A model generated the notes under the pieces. That model saw nothing but the letters and a program-made list of their open reading frames with translations. It had not been told where the DNA came from and did not search any database. From positions 25,255 to 89,254 of the forward strand of contig CAYJVR010000004.1 in assembly GCA_964373715.1 (NCBI GenBank): 64,000 nt of DNA, written 5' to 3'. The position numbers and the translations under genes were made by a program. How positions within the stretch are numbered: the stretch's first letter is position 1; each line of letters starts with the position of its first letter. Positions 27,428 to 36,610 of the stretch are shown piece after piece. The stretch is from an uncultured Planctomycetia bacterium. GTDB taxonomy: Bacteria; Omnitrophota; Gorgyraeia; 1-14-0-20-64-10.

Positions 27428-28904
27428 GCGCTACAAGCTCCCACGCAGGAGAAGAGTTGCTTCGAAAAGCATCCATGAGAGCTTGGGCTTTATGAACCGT
27501 TTCATCATACTCCCTGGAAGGGTCCGAATCGGCCACGATTCCGGCGCCGGCCTGGACATAGACCGTCTCATTGACCGCCAGGCCGGTGCGTATAAGCAGG
27601 TTCAAATCGCTGTCGCCCGTATAGCTGATGTAACCCAAAGAACCTGTGTAAAGCTGGCGACGAACCGGCTCTAGGGAATCGATGACCTTCAAGCACGCAA
27701 TCTTCGGGCATCCGGTAATTGTCCCGCCCGGGAACGCGGCGGCGATAAGATCCACCGGCCGGACACCGGGACGCAAAAAACCCTTCACGTTCGAAACAAT
27801 ATGGATAACGTGGGAAAACTCCTCCAGCACCATCAGTTCATCCACCCGAACCGAACCGGCTCGGCAGACACGGCCGAGGTCGTTCCTCTCGAGGTCCACC
27901 AACATCAGATGCTCCGCCCGTTCCTTCTCGTTTAAAATCAACTCTTGGCGCAAGCGGGCCGTTTCAACGGCAGTTTTGCCCTTTGGCCGCGTTCCCGCAA
28001 TCGGCCTGGTTTCCACTTCTCCCGCCGAAACCCTTAAAAACCGCTCCGGGGAGGCTGAGATGACCTGCAAAAAACCAAGATCGGCGTAACAGGCGAAGGG
28101 AGAGGGGTTGATTTCTGTCAAACGGCGGTAGAACTCCCAAGGGCTCTGCGTTAACGGCATCGAGAAACGCTGGGAAAGGTTCGCCTGGTAGATCTCTCCA
28201 TCGGCAATGAACTCTTTAGCGCGGCGCACCATCGCCTCGAAATCGGCCCGCGTGTGGGTGCTGGAAAAAGACACGGGGCGGAGGGCAAGAGACGGGGGAC
28301 GTTCATTTTGCACGGAACGAGTGATCCTCTTGAGGAGTGCCTCTGCCCGGCCGGCCGCTTGATCATACGCTTGCGCCGGATTCCTGCCCGCGTCAGCGAG
28401 AACAATCACCCAGAGCTGTTTCTTTAGATGGTCTAAAAGCACCGATTCGTCACAGAAAAGGAATCCTATATCCGGCAACCCCAGATCATCCTGCGCTTTT
28501 GAGGCAAGCGGTTCAATGGTGCGGTACGCGTCAAACCCGAAGAAACCAATCGCCCCACCGACGAAGGGGGGAAACCCGGGGATTTTGGCTGCCGGTTTCG
28601 CGTCCAGCATCTGCTGTAAAAGCTCCAGCGGGTTGCCGGTCATCTGTTCGGTTCCCTTTTGGCCGACCAGCGTGATCCGGTCTCCTTTAGCAGTAAGAAA
28701 TAAGGCCGGCTCCCCCACCATCAGGCTGTACCGGCCGGTGACCGGATGAAATCGGGCCGATTCCAGAAGGACAGCCGGGGATTTCCACGCAGCGGCCGCG
28801 AAAAAATCCTGCGGCGAGGCTTCCAGAGAAAGCTTCGCCGCCACGGGGATCCACCGATGGGTCAAGGCTAATTCAAGAAATTTCCAACGGGAAGGTGTGA
28901 ACAC
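27411..28904 (-). CDS. pabB: aminodeoxychorismate synthase component I (chorismate-binding enzyme, TrpE/PabB family)
   Basis: 497 aa. Chorismate-binding C-terminal domain motifs (GAIGFFGFD, RGxYTGSLGYIS, PGGTITGCPK). Adjacency to pabC and folC supports a folate role over a tryptophan role. Confidence 0.75.
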   Translation of the reverse strand: MFTPSRWKFLELALTHRWIPVAAKLSLEASPQDFFAAAAWKSPAVLLESARFHPVTGRYSLMVGEPALFLTAKGDRITLVGQKGTEQMTGNPLELLQQMLDAKPAAKIPGFPPFVGGAIGFFGFDAYRTIEPLASKAQDDLGLPDIGFLFCDESVLLDHLKKQLWVIVLADAGRNPAQAYDQAAGRAEALLKRITRSVQNERPPSLALRPVSFSSTHTRADFEAMVRRAKEFIADGEIYQANLSQRFSMPLTQSPWEFYRRLTEINPSPFACYADLGFLQVISASPERFLRVSAGEVETRPIAGTRPKGKTAVETARLRQELILNEKERAEHLMLVDLERNDLGRVCRAGSVRVDELMVLEEFSHVIHIVSNVKGFLRPGVRPVDLIAAAFPGGTITGCPKIACLKVIDSLEPVRRQLYTGSLGYISYTGDSDLNLLIRTGLAVNETVYVQAGAGIVADSDPSREYDETVHKAQALMDAFRSNSSPAWELVAHASSS

Positions 28905-28921
28905 AAAGACTATTTTATCAC

Positions 28922-28971
28922 GCGGCGGTGTCGTTAGAAAATGGAAGCGGCCTTAAACTGGATCTCCAGCC
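28922..28971 (-). terminator. rho-independent terminator downstream of kamA (minus strand)
   Basis: 11-bp perfect stem aagcggcctta / taaggccgctt with a 16-nt loop. On the minus strand it is followed by ccattttct. Confidence 0.5.
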
Positions 28972-28996
28972 TAAGGCCGCTTTACTTACAAGTTAC

Positions 28997-29056
28997 GACC
29001 GCCGAGGGACCGCGAAGCGGTCCGAGGAAGTAGTTGAGCGTTCCTTACGCTCAGAC
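28997..29056. repeat. about 60-nt structured stem-loop element, copy 1 (abuts kamA stop codon)
   Basis: gaccgccgagg-GGACCGC-gaa-GCGGTCC-g-AGGAA-gtagttgagcg-TTCCT-tacgctcagac: two hairpins. About 85% identical to 33457..33517. Confidence 0.5.
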
Positions 29057-30285
29057 TACGGGATATAATCCTGGAACCCATGGAAACCGTTTCCGCTGCC
29101 ATTCCCGTTGCCGTTAAACTTGATGCGATTCTTTAACGCGACCGGCTGGCCCGCGGGAACCAGTTCGAGCTCCCCCAATTCCGTCTCATAGTAGGTGTAC
29201 TCTTCCCCTTTGAAGTTCCGGAGCCGGATTACACCGTTCTCATAGGAAAGGACGTAGCTGGGAGCCACGGGAATTTTGCCTCCACCGCCTGGGCCGTCAA
29301 TCACGTAGGTCGGCACCGCATAGCCGGTCGTGTGACCGCGCAAGGCCTCCATGATTTTGATCCCGGTGGATACCGAGGTGCGGAAATGACTGATCCCCTG
29401 CGCAGGGTCGCACTGGTAGATGTAATACGGCCGCACCCGGACTTTCAGAAGCTCATGCATCAGCTTCCTCATCACCTGCGGATCGTCGTTCACCCCTTTT
29501 AACAGCACCGTCTGGGACCCGAGAGGAACACCGCTTTCGGAAAGCATGTCCATTGCCTGCTTCAAGCGGGGCGTAACCTCCTTGGGATGGCAGAAATGCA
29601 AGCTCATCCAGATCGGCTTGTTCTTCTTTAAAACCGCGCAGTACTCTTCGGTAACCCGCTGTGGCATCGTAACCGGGGTGCGGCTTCCTATCCGGATGAA
29701 CTCAATATGGTCAATCTTGCGCAGTTCGGCCAAAATCCGGTCCAACCGGACATCCGTCATCATCAGGGGATCCCCTCCGGAGATGAGGACATCCCGCACC
29801 TCTTTGTGCTCCCTCAAATACTGAAAAGCCGGCTCATAGCTGTTCATCAACCCGTTGTTGACGCCGACCAGCCGCCGCCGGGTACAGTGCCTGCAGTACA
29901 TAGCGCACTGTTCGGTGACCAAGAAAAGGACCCGGTCCGGATACCGGTGAACCAGCCCCTTGACCGGCATATCTCCATCCTCACCGCAAGGATCCCGCAT
30001 ATCATGCGGCCCGATTTCGAACTCGACCGATGTCGGAACAGCCTGCTTGCGGATCGGGCAGTTCGGATCCTTCGGGTCCATCAGGGAGGCCCAGTACGGC
30101 GGTATCGCCATCACAAGCCGGCCCTCTTTTCTTGCAACCGCTTCCTCCTCTTCCGGCGTCATCTCGATAATCTGCCTGAGCTGGTCTGCCGTGTAGATAC
30201 GGTTCCGCAACTGCCACTGCCAATCATCCCACTCCTCGGGTGTCACACTCTTCCAGAGCGGTATACGGCGGTAACTGTCGTCCAA
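29056..30285 (-). CDS. kamA: KamA-family radical SAM lysine 2,3-aminomutase
   Basis: 409 aa. CxxxCxxC radical-SAM motif CAMYCRHCTRRR and full-length KamA architecture. C-terminal tail NGNGNGSGNGFHGF. Confidence 0.8.
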   Translation of the reverse strand: MDDSYRRIPLWKSVTPEEWDDWQWQLRNRIYTADQLRQIIEMTPEEEEAVARKEGRLVMAIPPYWASLMDPKDPNCPIRKQAVPTSVEFEIGPHDMRDPCGEDGDMPVKGLVHRYPDRVLFLVTEQCAMYCRHCTRRRLVGVNNGLMNSYEPAFQYLREHKEVRDVLISGGDPLMMTDVRLDRILAELRKIDHIEFIRIGSRTPVTMPQRVTEEYCAVLKKNKPIWMSLHFCHPKEVTPRLKQAMDMLSESGVPLGSQTVLLKGVNDDPQVMRKLMHELLKVRVRPYYIYQCDPAQGISHFRTSVSTGIKIMEALRGHTTGYAVPTYVIDGPGGGGKIPVAPSYVLSYENGVIRLRNFKGEEYTYYETELGELELVPAGQPVALKNRIKFNGNGNGSGNGFHGFQDYIP

Positions 30286-30297
30286 GGTCTTCCTCCT

Positions 30298-31497
30298 TCA
30301 GATCGTCTTCCCGAGCTTTTTCCCATCGGACACAGCCGCGGGATTGCTCGAAGGCCCCGCCTCCTTCTCCATCGGGTCAGGGAGTACCCGATACGCTGGA
30401 GCTTGGGAGACCGGGTTGTTCGTTTTGAATGATGGTATGGATAAAACGGCGCCTAGCTCCGGAGACGGAGAGGACGCCGGCAAGCTCTTGTCGGATGGTT
30501 TATTCAAACGCACAACCGCAAGTTGTATGATCCGGCTGATGAGAGTCGCGTACGGAATGCCTGCCGCCTTGGTCATCATCGGGATGTTCGATTCTTCAGG
30601 ATCCAGCCCGGGCAGCGTGTTGACCTCAAGAACGTAAGGTATCCCTTCCTGGCTCAACCGGATGTCCACGCGTGAGAAATCGCGGCAACCCAAGGAAAAC
30701 GCCGCTTTCTTGGCCACCGTTCCAACCGCTTCGGCAGTGGACAAACTCAGCCGGGCCGGGCACCAGAATTTCGGGTCCAGGTGCATCTCCTTGTTTCCCT
30801 GGTATTCTTTCACCTTCCAAGAGTAGAACGATTCCCCCGCTGGCGCGCATGGGCTAAAATCAATCTCAAGAATAGGGAGCACCTCTTCCCCGAGCAATCC
30901 GACCGTCAGCTCGACCCCCTCGATAAATTCCTCGACCAGCACCTCCTGGCCGTAATCAGTGAAAACCCTTTGAATCTGTGCCCGGAGAGCCGCCTCGGAA
31001 CGAACAACGCTGCTCGTGAGTATTCCCTTACCGGAACCTTCCCTGTTTGGTTTGACAATCAGAGGGAACTGAAGCCGGCTGTCCAACGGTTCATCCAAAT
31101 GCGTGAAAACCTGGAAATTCGGCGTCGGTATGCCGACCGACCGGAAGATATATTTAGAACGGGCTTTGTCCAGAGACAAGGCCAGCGCGAGAACTCCGGA
31201 TCCGGTATATGGGATCTCCAGAAGCTCCAGCAGAGCCGGAACGCGCGCCTCACGGGCTTCACCGGAAAACCCCTCCGAGATATTGAACACGAGATCGACC
31301 GGGTTCTCAGCCAGCCAAAGAGGAAGCTTGCTATCCGCCTCAACCGGGAAAACCTTATGCCCCGCCAACTCGATCGCCTGAGTGATGTACCCAACCGTTT
31401 TCGGGCTGTCGCACTCGGAGTAGTAGTCAGCCGGCCTGCCTGCTTCCTTCACCAGAGGTTTCAAGTTATGGACCAGTGCCACACGCAAACTTTTCAT
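30298..31497 (-). CDS. D-alanine--D-alanine ligase family ATP-grasp enzyme with low-complexity C-terminal extension
   Basis: 399 aa. Ddl-like N-terminal (VALVHNLKP...), central and ATP-grasp domains (EEFIEGVELTVGLLGEEVLPILEIDF..., VDIRLSQEGIPYVLEVNTLPGL). Pro/Ser-rich tail of about 80 aa. Confidence 0.7.
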   Translation of the reverse strand: MKSLRVALVHNLKPLVKEAGRPADYYSECDSPKTVGYITQAIELAGHKVFPVEADSKLPLWLAENPVDLVFNISEGFSGEAREARVPALLELLEIPYTGSGVLALALSLDKARSKYIFRSVGIPTPNFQVFTHLDEPLDSRLQFPLIVKPNREGSGKGILTSSVVRSEAALRAQIQRVFTDYGQEVLVEEFIEGVELTVGLLGEEVLPILEIDFSPCAPAGESFYSWKVKEYQGNKEMHLDPKFWCPARLSLSTAEAVGTVAKKAAFSLGCRDFSRVDIRLSQEGIPYVLEVNTLPGLDPEESNIPMMTKAAGIPYATLISRIIQLAVVRLNKPSDKSLPASSPSPELGAVLSIPSFKTNNPVSQAPAYRVLPDPMEKEAGPSSNPAAVSDGKKLGKTI

Positions 31498-32519
31498 TTT
31501 GCCCGTGCGTTCACTTTCTGTTGGAATTGGGCGGTTGCCTGCTGAAACCCCAGACGCTTGACCGCCGCCTCGATGATTCGGCCGATCATCTGGGGATAGG
31601 TAATGCCAAGACGGTTACAAATGACCTGGAACACGTCCTCGGTGGAAAGGGACGGCAAAGGATTGATCTCCAGCACGTAGACGGAGCCTTCTCTGTCGAT
31701 CCGGAAATCAACCCGCCCAAGGTCAACGCAGTCCACCGCCCGGTAAACCCGGATGGCCAATTCCTGAAGTTTTTTCTCAACCCCCGCGTCAATCCGGGCC
31801 GGACAGATGTACCCTGCCCCCGAGGCAATTCTCGAAAAGGTGTAAAAAAGATCTCCCAAATCCGTCCGTCCGTCTATCGAGATCTGGACCACCGGCAGGG
31901 CTTCGGGCGGGTCATTGCCGACAACCGGCACGGTGAACTCCGTCCCTTGGATGAATTCCTCCACCAGAGCCGGCTCGCGATAAGTGGTCATGAGCCATTG
32001 CGTTTGCGCGCGGAGCTCTTCGACGTTGTGGACGACGGATTTATCGGAAATCCCCTTGCTGGAACCTTCAAAACGGGGCTTGACGATCAGCGGGAAGGAA
32101 ATATCCGGCGGAAGCTGCTGGCCGGGGTCATGGACTTCAAAGAAACGGGGCGTCGGGATCCCTTCTCCGAGGAAAATTCTCTTGGCCATCACCTTGTCCA
32201 GCGTCAGAGCCTGGGTGAGGCCGTCCGATCCGACGTAGGGAATACCTTTCATCTCAAGAAGGATCGGAACCTGCGACTCCCGGTTCCTTCCGCGGAGACC
32301 TTCGGCGACGTTGAAAACCAGGTCCACCCTAACATCATCGAGCTTCTTCAACAGCTGTTCGGCGCTGCCCAGGCGAACCACGGTGTGGCCGAGCGAGGCG
32401 ATCGCGTTTTCGATCACTTCGATGGTTGAAGGGTGGTCAAATTCGGCATTGGCATCCGGGGGATCTCCAACCTTGAAGACATACTCCGTCTTCAAATCAT
32501 AGGTCATCCCGATGATCAT
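31494..32519 (-). CDS. D-alanine--D-alanine ligase family ATP-grasp enzyme (second, divergent paralog)
   Basis: 341 aa. Same domain order (EEFIQGTEFTVPVVGNDPPEALPVVQISIDG..., VDFRIDREGSVYVLEINPLPSL). ATGA overlap with the downstream paralog. Confidence 0.7.
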   Translation of the reverse strand: MIIGMTYDLKTEYVFKVGDPPDANAEFDHPSTIEVIENAIASLGHTVVRLGSAEQLLKKLDDVRVDLVFNVAEGLRGRNRESQVPILLEMKGIPYVGSDGLTQALTLDKVMAKRIFLGEGIPTPRFFEVHDPGQQLPPDISFPLIVKPRFEGSSKGISDKSVVHNVEELRAQTQWLMTTYREPALVEEFIQGTEFTVPVVGNDPPEALPVVQISIDGRTDLGDLFYTFSRIASGAGYICPARIDAGVEKKLQELAIRVYRAVDCVDLGRVDFRIDREGSVYVLEINPLPSLSTEDVFQVICNRLGITYPQMIGRIIEAAVKRLGFQQATAQFQQKVNARAK

Positions 32520-32820
32520 CGCGTCCCCCGGCGAACAAAAAGAGGAGCTCCCTCACACAGGTCGCCCCCCTTCAAACGTGCGATTGTATTCAATTGTGAG
32601 GGTCTGACTACCTCCTCTTCACTTTATCCGAAAACTTAGTGATCGGTCTGCTGATCAAACTCTTGCACCCCAGGCCGAACATCAAAGCAAAACCAATTCA
32701 TCGAAAAGATATTCTTAAGAAAAAATAACATGAGTGTCTGACGTTGTCAAGTTCGAACGAAGAAAAATTTATTCCCGCCGACGGAAATGATTACAATAGG
32801 AACTTCGAGAAGGAGGTTCT

Positions 32821-33447
32821 ATGGCAACTTTAATACTGGTCAGGCATGGACAGTCTCAATGGAATTTAGAGAACAAATTCACCGGGTGGGTGGATGTTCC
32901 GTTGACCGATAGCGGGCGCGCAGAGGCGCGGCGGGCGGGAGAACTCGTCAAACCGCTGGGCATCACATTCGACGTCGCTTACACATCGGTCCTCGTTCGG
33001 GCGAACGAAACCCTCTCCATCATCCTCGAGGTCCTCGGGCAGGAAAATATACCGGTGATCAAAGACAAAGCGCTTAACGAACGGCATTACGGAAAACTGC
33101 AGGGTCTCAATAAAGAAGAAACAGTCAAGAAGTACGGCGAGGAGCAGGTTAAAATCTGGCGGCGAAGCTACGACGTGGCCCCTCCCGAGGGTGAATCGCT
33201 CAAAGACACGGCCGCCCGGACCCTTCCCTATTTCGAATCGCGCATCCTGCCTGACCTTAAAACCGGCAAGAATGTGCTCATCGCCGCGCACGGAAATTCG
33301 CTCCGCTCCATCGTGATGGACCTGGATAAGCTCACGAAAGAACAGGTGCTCGCGCTGGAGCTGGGGACCGGCGTCCCGGTCCGCTACGAGATCAATCCTG
33401 ATGGATCTGTAAAATCAAAACAGATCCTCTCTCCCGCCATTCGTTAG
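32821..33447 (+). CDS. gpmA: 2,3-bisphosphoglycerate-dependent phosphoglycerate mutase
   Basis: [24 protein letters not shown] catalytic-His motif. 208 aa. RBS GGAGG upstream. Confidence 0.9.
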   Translation: MATLILVRHGQSQWNLENKFTGWVDVPLTDSGRAEARRAGELVKPLGITFDVAYTSVLVRANETLSIILEVLGQENIPVIKDKALNERHYGKLQGLNKEETVKKYGEEQVKIWRRSYDVAPPEGESLKDTAARTLPYFESRILPDLKTGKNVLIAAHGNSLRSIVMDLDKLTKEQVLALELGTGVPVRYEINPDGSVKSKQILSPAIR

Positions 33448-34540
33448 ATACTCGGTGACCGTCGAGGGGCCGCGGAGCGGCCCGAGGAAATGGTTGGGCG
33501 TTCCTTACGCCCAGACCATGAAGTCGAAGCAGATTCTCGCGCCGACCGCGGCACAATAACCTGATTCACCCCTTCTCTGCCCAGTTTCCTCGAATAGTGG
33601 AAGAGGTACTGCTGGGCCCAGCCGCAGTAAGGACCGAAATGCTTCCGGGCGAACTCGCGTATCTTTCTATCCGGCACCTTCCTGTTCCGGAAATACCAGC
33701 GCCGCATGCACCGCGCGATCCAGACATCCACCGGGAAGGCCGATTCCCGTCCGTAGCCGAAGAGCATCACGCATTCCGCCACCTTCTGGCCGATCCCGGG
33801 GATCTCCATCAGCGCTTCCCGCAGCGCGTCATCTTCCAGTCCCTTTAACTTTTCCGGATCGATCCGGCCTGAGGCATGCATCCGGGCCGCCGCCTTCAGG
33901 TAGGGCGCCCTGTAGCCAAGCCCGCACGCCCGCAGCTCATTCTCGGATACACCAGCCAATCTCTCAGCCGTCGGAAAGCGAGGAGTGGTGTTGGGCGGGA
34001 GATCGCGGGTGACGCCTGCGGAGATGCCCTTTCTAGCCGCGCGCAGTTCCGCAGACCCTTCTCTCTTGTTTAGTGGGGTCGAGGACTGTCTGAGCACGGC
34101 GAAAGGGCGCTCTGCAAGCGGCAGGACCCGCGACCGGTTCTCCATAACGCTCGGCGAGGCAGTTCAGCATGCCGGTCAAGCGAACGATGTTGTTGTAGGC
34201 CGAGAGGATGAAGCTGGCCGTGCACTCCCACGACTCCTGCCGGATCAGCCGAAGCCCCCAGTGGGAGCGGCAGGCTTCATGGATGATCGGATCGACATCT
34301 ATTTGAGCGGCGAGCGCCGGCAGATCGACGTCGAGAGAAAAAAAGCGGCTGATCGCCTCTGGGGACGCCCCATTGAAAAAGATCTGCCCGCCGCTCTGGG
34401 AAATCCGCACGCGGGAACCGGTGAGCCAGCCCTCGAACCATCCGGGCTGGGATTGAGACCACCTGAAGACCTGGCCGGAAAACAAAGTCGCCTGCAGGTC
34501 AAAATCCCTGCAGGCGATTGTTTGAAATTCCGTTCGAACG
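33444..34540 (-). pseudogene. ogg: 8-oxoguanine DNA glycosylase (OGG family, HhH-GPD) with an apparent frameshift between the N-terminal and HhH-GPD domains
   Basis: OGG N-terminal domain (ATLFSGQVFRWSQ...LAERYGEPV) is in one frame, ending at the stop at 34033. The HhH-GPD part (FPTAERLAGVSENELRACGLGYRAPY...LMEIPGIGQKVAECVMLFGYG...FPVDVW) is in another frame, 33444..34145. No ATG exists for the N-terminal part downstream of the dcd stop; a TTG start is possible. The start coordinate is approximate. Confidence 0.5.
33457..33517. repeat. about 60-nt structured stem-loop element, copy 2 (between convergent gpmA and ogg stops)
   Basis: gaccgtcgagg-GGGCCGC-gga-GCGGCCC-g-AGGAA-atggttgggcg-TTCCT-tacgcccagac. 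Stem 1 differs from copy 1 by two compensatory changes (A to G and T to C) that preserve pairing. Confidence 0.5.
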
Positions 34541-34555
34541 GTGAGCCCTCTTTTA

Positions 34556-35182
34556 CTAGGCGTTGTGGATCTTCGGCAGAACGATCGACTGCTGTTTCTG
34601 GTACTTCCCCTTCCGGTCGCCGTAGGAGACTTCGCAGGGCTCCTCCGAAGCAAAAAACAGCACCTGAGCGATTCCCTCGTTGGCGTACACCTTCGCCGGC
34701 AACGGGGTCGTGTTGGAGATCTCCAGCACCGCGAACCCTTCCCACTCCGGCTCAAACGGGGTGACGTTGACGATCAGGCCGCACCGGGCGTAGGTCGACT
34801 TGCCCATCGTCACGGTCAGCACATTGCGCGGGATACGGAAATACTCCACCGTCCTGGCCAGCGCGAAAGAGTTCGGCGGGATGATGCAGTGAGGCCCCTT
34901 CATGGAGACGAACGACTTCTCATCGAACGCCTTCGGGTCCACCACCGTGTTCCACACATCGGTGAAAACCTTGAACTCATCGGCTAAGCGGATGTCGTAG
35001 CCCATCGAAGAGAGCCCCCAGGAAATCACTCCCTTGGAATTCAGATGGTCAGAAAACGGCTCGATCATGCCGTACTTCTGGACATACTCCTTGATCTCCT
35101 TGTCGATCAGAAGCTTGCTCTTCAACGTCAAACGCGAAGCGGGCTGTTTCTCTGCCGATTTGTGACTCGCCAGGGTAGGCAT
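34556..35182 (-). CDS. dcd: dCTP deaminase
   Basis: 208 aa with dCTP deaminase / dUTPase-fold motifs ([40 protein letters not shown]). The N-terminal about 25 aa may be an over-extension. Confidence 0.8.
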   Translation of the reverse strand: MPTLASHKSAEKQPASRLTLKSKLLIDKEIKEYVQKYGMIEPFSDHLNSKGVISWGLSSMGYDIRLADEFKVFTDVWNTVVDPKAFDEKSFVSMKGPHCIIPPNSFALARTVEYFRIPRNVLTVTMGKSTYARCGLIVNVTPFEPEWEGFAVLEISNTTPLPAKVYANEGIAQVLFFASEEPCEVSYGDRKGKYQKQQSIVLPKIHNA

Positions 35183-35194
35183 TAAAATTCCTCC

Positions 35195-35377
35195 TTACTC
35201 TTCTTTCTTTTCAGGGGTGGATTGCGGTTTCGGCTTGTTATACGCCTTCATCTGTTCCTTTTTTGAAAAACAATCCGGGCAGTTGTAAACCGGTTTGGCG
35301 GCCACTTTGTTGTAATCCACATAGATCACCACACGGCTGACTTCCGGAACCTCTTTATGGCACGTATCGCACTTCAT
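35195..35377 (-). CDS. small zinc-ribbon protein
   Basis: 60 aa with CDTCHK...CPDC (two CxxC pairs) and a Lys-rich C-terminus. Confidence 0.4.
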   Translation of the reverse strand: MKCDTCHKEVPEVSRVVIYVDYNKVAAKPVYNCPDCFSKKEQMKAYNKPKPQSTPEKKEE

Positions 35378-35414
35378 CCCGCCACCCCGCTACTTTTTCG
35401 ACCAAGTGGTGGGA

Positions 35415-35861
35415 TCATTTGAGCAGCTGGGCAACAAGTTGGTTGACCTGCTTGCCGTCGGCCCGGCCTTTGACTTTCGGCAGAACTACCTTCATTATCT
35501 GGCCGACCGCGGAGGGGCCGCTGGCCCCCAGCTCCTTTATCGCTTCCTGGATAATCGCCCTTAACTCCTCCTCCGGCATCGCCGGCGGAAGGTAAGCCTG
35601 AAGGATCTGCGCCTCTTTCTTCTCTTTGTCGGCAAGATCGTTCCGTCCGGCCTTGGTGTAGGCATCCACCGATTCCTGCCTTTGTTTCATCAGCTTCTGC
35701 ACAACCTCCAGCATCTCCCCATCCTCCAGGAGATCTTTGCCCTTTTGAATCGCAGCATTGGAGGAGGCGGCCTTGAGCATCCTCAAGACCGACGTCCTTA
35801 ATTCATCCCTCGCTTTCATCGAGGCCTTCAACTCATTATTGATTTTTTCTGCAAGCGTCAT
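35415..35861 (-). CDS. yqeY: GatB/YqeY domain protein
   Basis: Starts MTLAEKINNELKASMKARDELRTSVLRMLKAA, a typical YqeY N-terminus. ATGA overlap with the tatC stop. The listed longer ORF 35415..36209 is an upstream over-extension that overlaps tatC. Confidence 0.8.
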   Translation of the reverse strand: MTLAEKINNELKASMKARDELRTSVLRMLKAASSNAAIQKGKDLLEDGEMLEVVQKLMKQRQESVDAYTKAGRNDLADKEKKEAQILQAYLPPAMPEEELRAIIQEAIKELGASGPSAVGQIMKVVLPKVKGRADGKQVNQLVAQLLK

Positions 35862-36610
35862 TTTCTTCCCACCAGGAAAGCAAGACCGACCGATATAAGA
35901 TACAGGAACCCCATCGGCAGCGCTAATAACATCTGCGTTGCCACATCCGGCGTCGGGGTCAAAACCGCAGCCAGAACGAAAATCCCAAGAACCGCGAACC
36001 TCCACTGCTTCAGCAGTGTCGCCGGCCTGACGATCCCGGCCCGCGCTAGAACCAGAATTGCGATTGGCATCTGAAAGAAAAGCCCGCAGCCGACCAACAA
36101 CCAGCCGGCGAACCCCAAGTAACTTCCGACGGTGATCATCGGAACCATATTCTCGGAGCTGAATCCGAGCAGGAACTTCAACCCCACCGGCAGGAGAAAC
36201 CGCCAGCAAAACCAGCCGCCGATGAAGAACAGCCCGACGCTGGCCGGTATCAGAAAAACAAACCTGCGCCGCTCATGCGGAAACAGTGCCGGCTGCAGGA
36301 ATCCCCATGCCTCTGCCGACAAAAAAGGGGAGGCTAAAGCCGTGCCGGCAATAACGGCGACCTTCAGGTACGCCAAAAACGGCTCGATCGGGCTTAAGAA
36401 AACAACGCTGCCGACCGGCTGGATAAACCAGGCCAATAAATCCTTGGCGAAATAAAACCCGACCGCCGTACCCACTCCAACCCAGAGGAAACAGCGCAGG
36501 AAACGCCACCGGAGCTCTTCGAGATGAGCGAGAAGCGGGCGCTTGCCTTCGTCCGGCAAGGGTACTGGACCCAGTATCTGCTGGGGTTCAATTGTCGGAC
36601 TTTCCGTCAT
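35858..36610 (-). CDS. tatC: twin-arginine translocase subunit TatC
   Basis: 6-TM TatC signature (LAHLEELRWRFLRCF..., FAVLGIFVLAAVLTPTPD). The start is taken at MTESPTIEP and overlaps the tatA 3' end. Confidence 0.8.
   Translation of the reverse strand: MTESPTIEPQQILGPVPLPDEGKRPLLAHLEELRWRFLRCFLWVGVGTAVGFYFAKDLLAWFIQPVGSVVFLSPIEPFLAYLKVAVIAGTALASPFLSAEAWGFLQPALFPHERRRFVFLIPASVGLFFIGGWFCWRFLLPVGLKFLLGFSSENMVPMITVGSYLGFAGWLLVGCGLFFQMPIAILVLARAGIVRPATLLKQWRFAVLGIFVLAAVLTPTPDVATQMLLALPMGFLYLISVGLAFLVGRK

Noticed and set aside
32520-32820. Possible tRNA or small RNA in the 300-nt divergent intergenic region (GTTCGAA string; ccctcaca...tgtgaggg inverted repeat)
   Set aside because: No cloverleaf can be built around the GTTCGAA. 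The inverted repeat has a 37-nt loop and no conserved riboswitch signature that I can recognise, so it is most likely promoter or 5'-UTR sequence.
34033-34755. Listed 240-aa minus ORF with an Arg-rich N-terminus
   Set aside because: Its first about 70 residues overlap the 3' end of dcd and look non-protein-like. Only the distal part (OGG N-terminal domain) is real, and I merged it into the frameshifted ogg call.
35862-36209. Upstream extension of the yqeY ORF (listed 35415..36209)
   Set aside because: The extension overlaps tatC on the same strand in another frame. A canonical YqeY N-terminus (MTLAEKINNE) starts at 35861 with an ATGA overlap.
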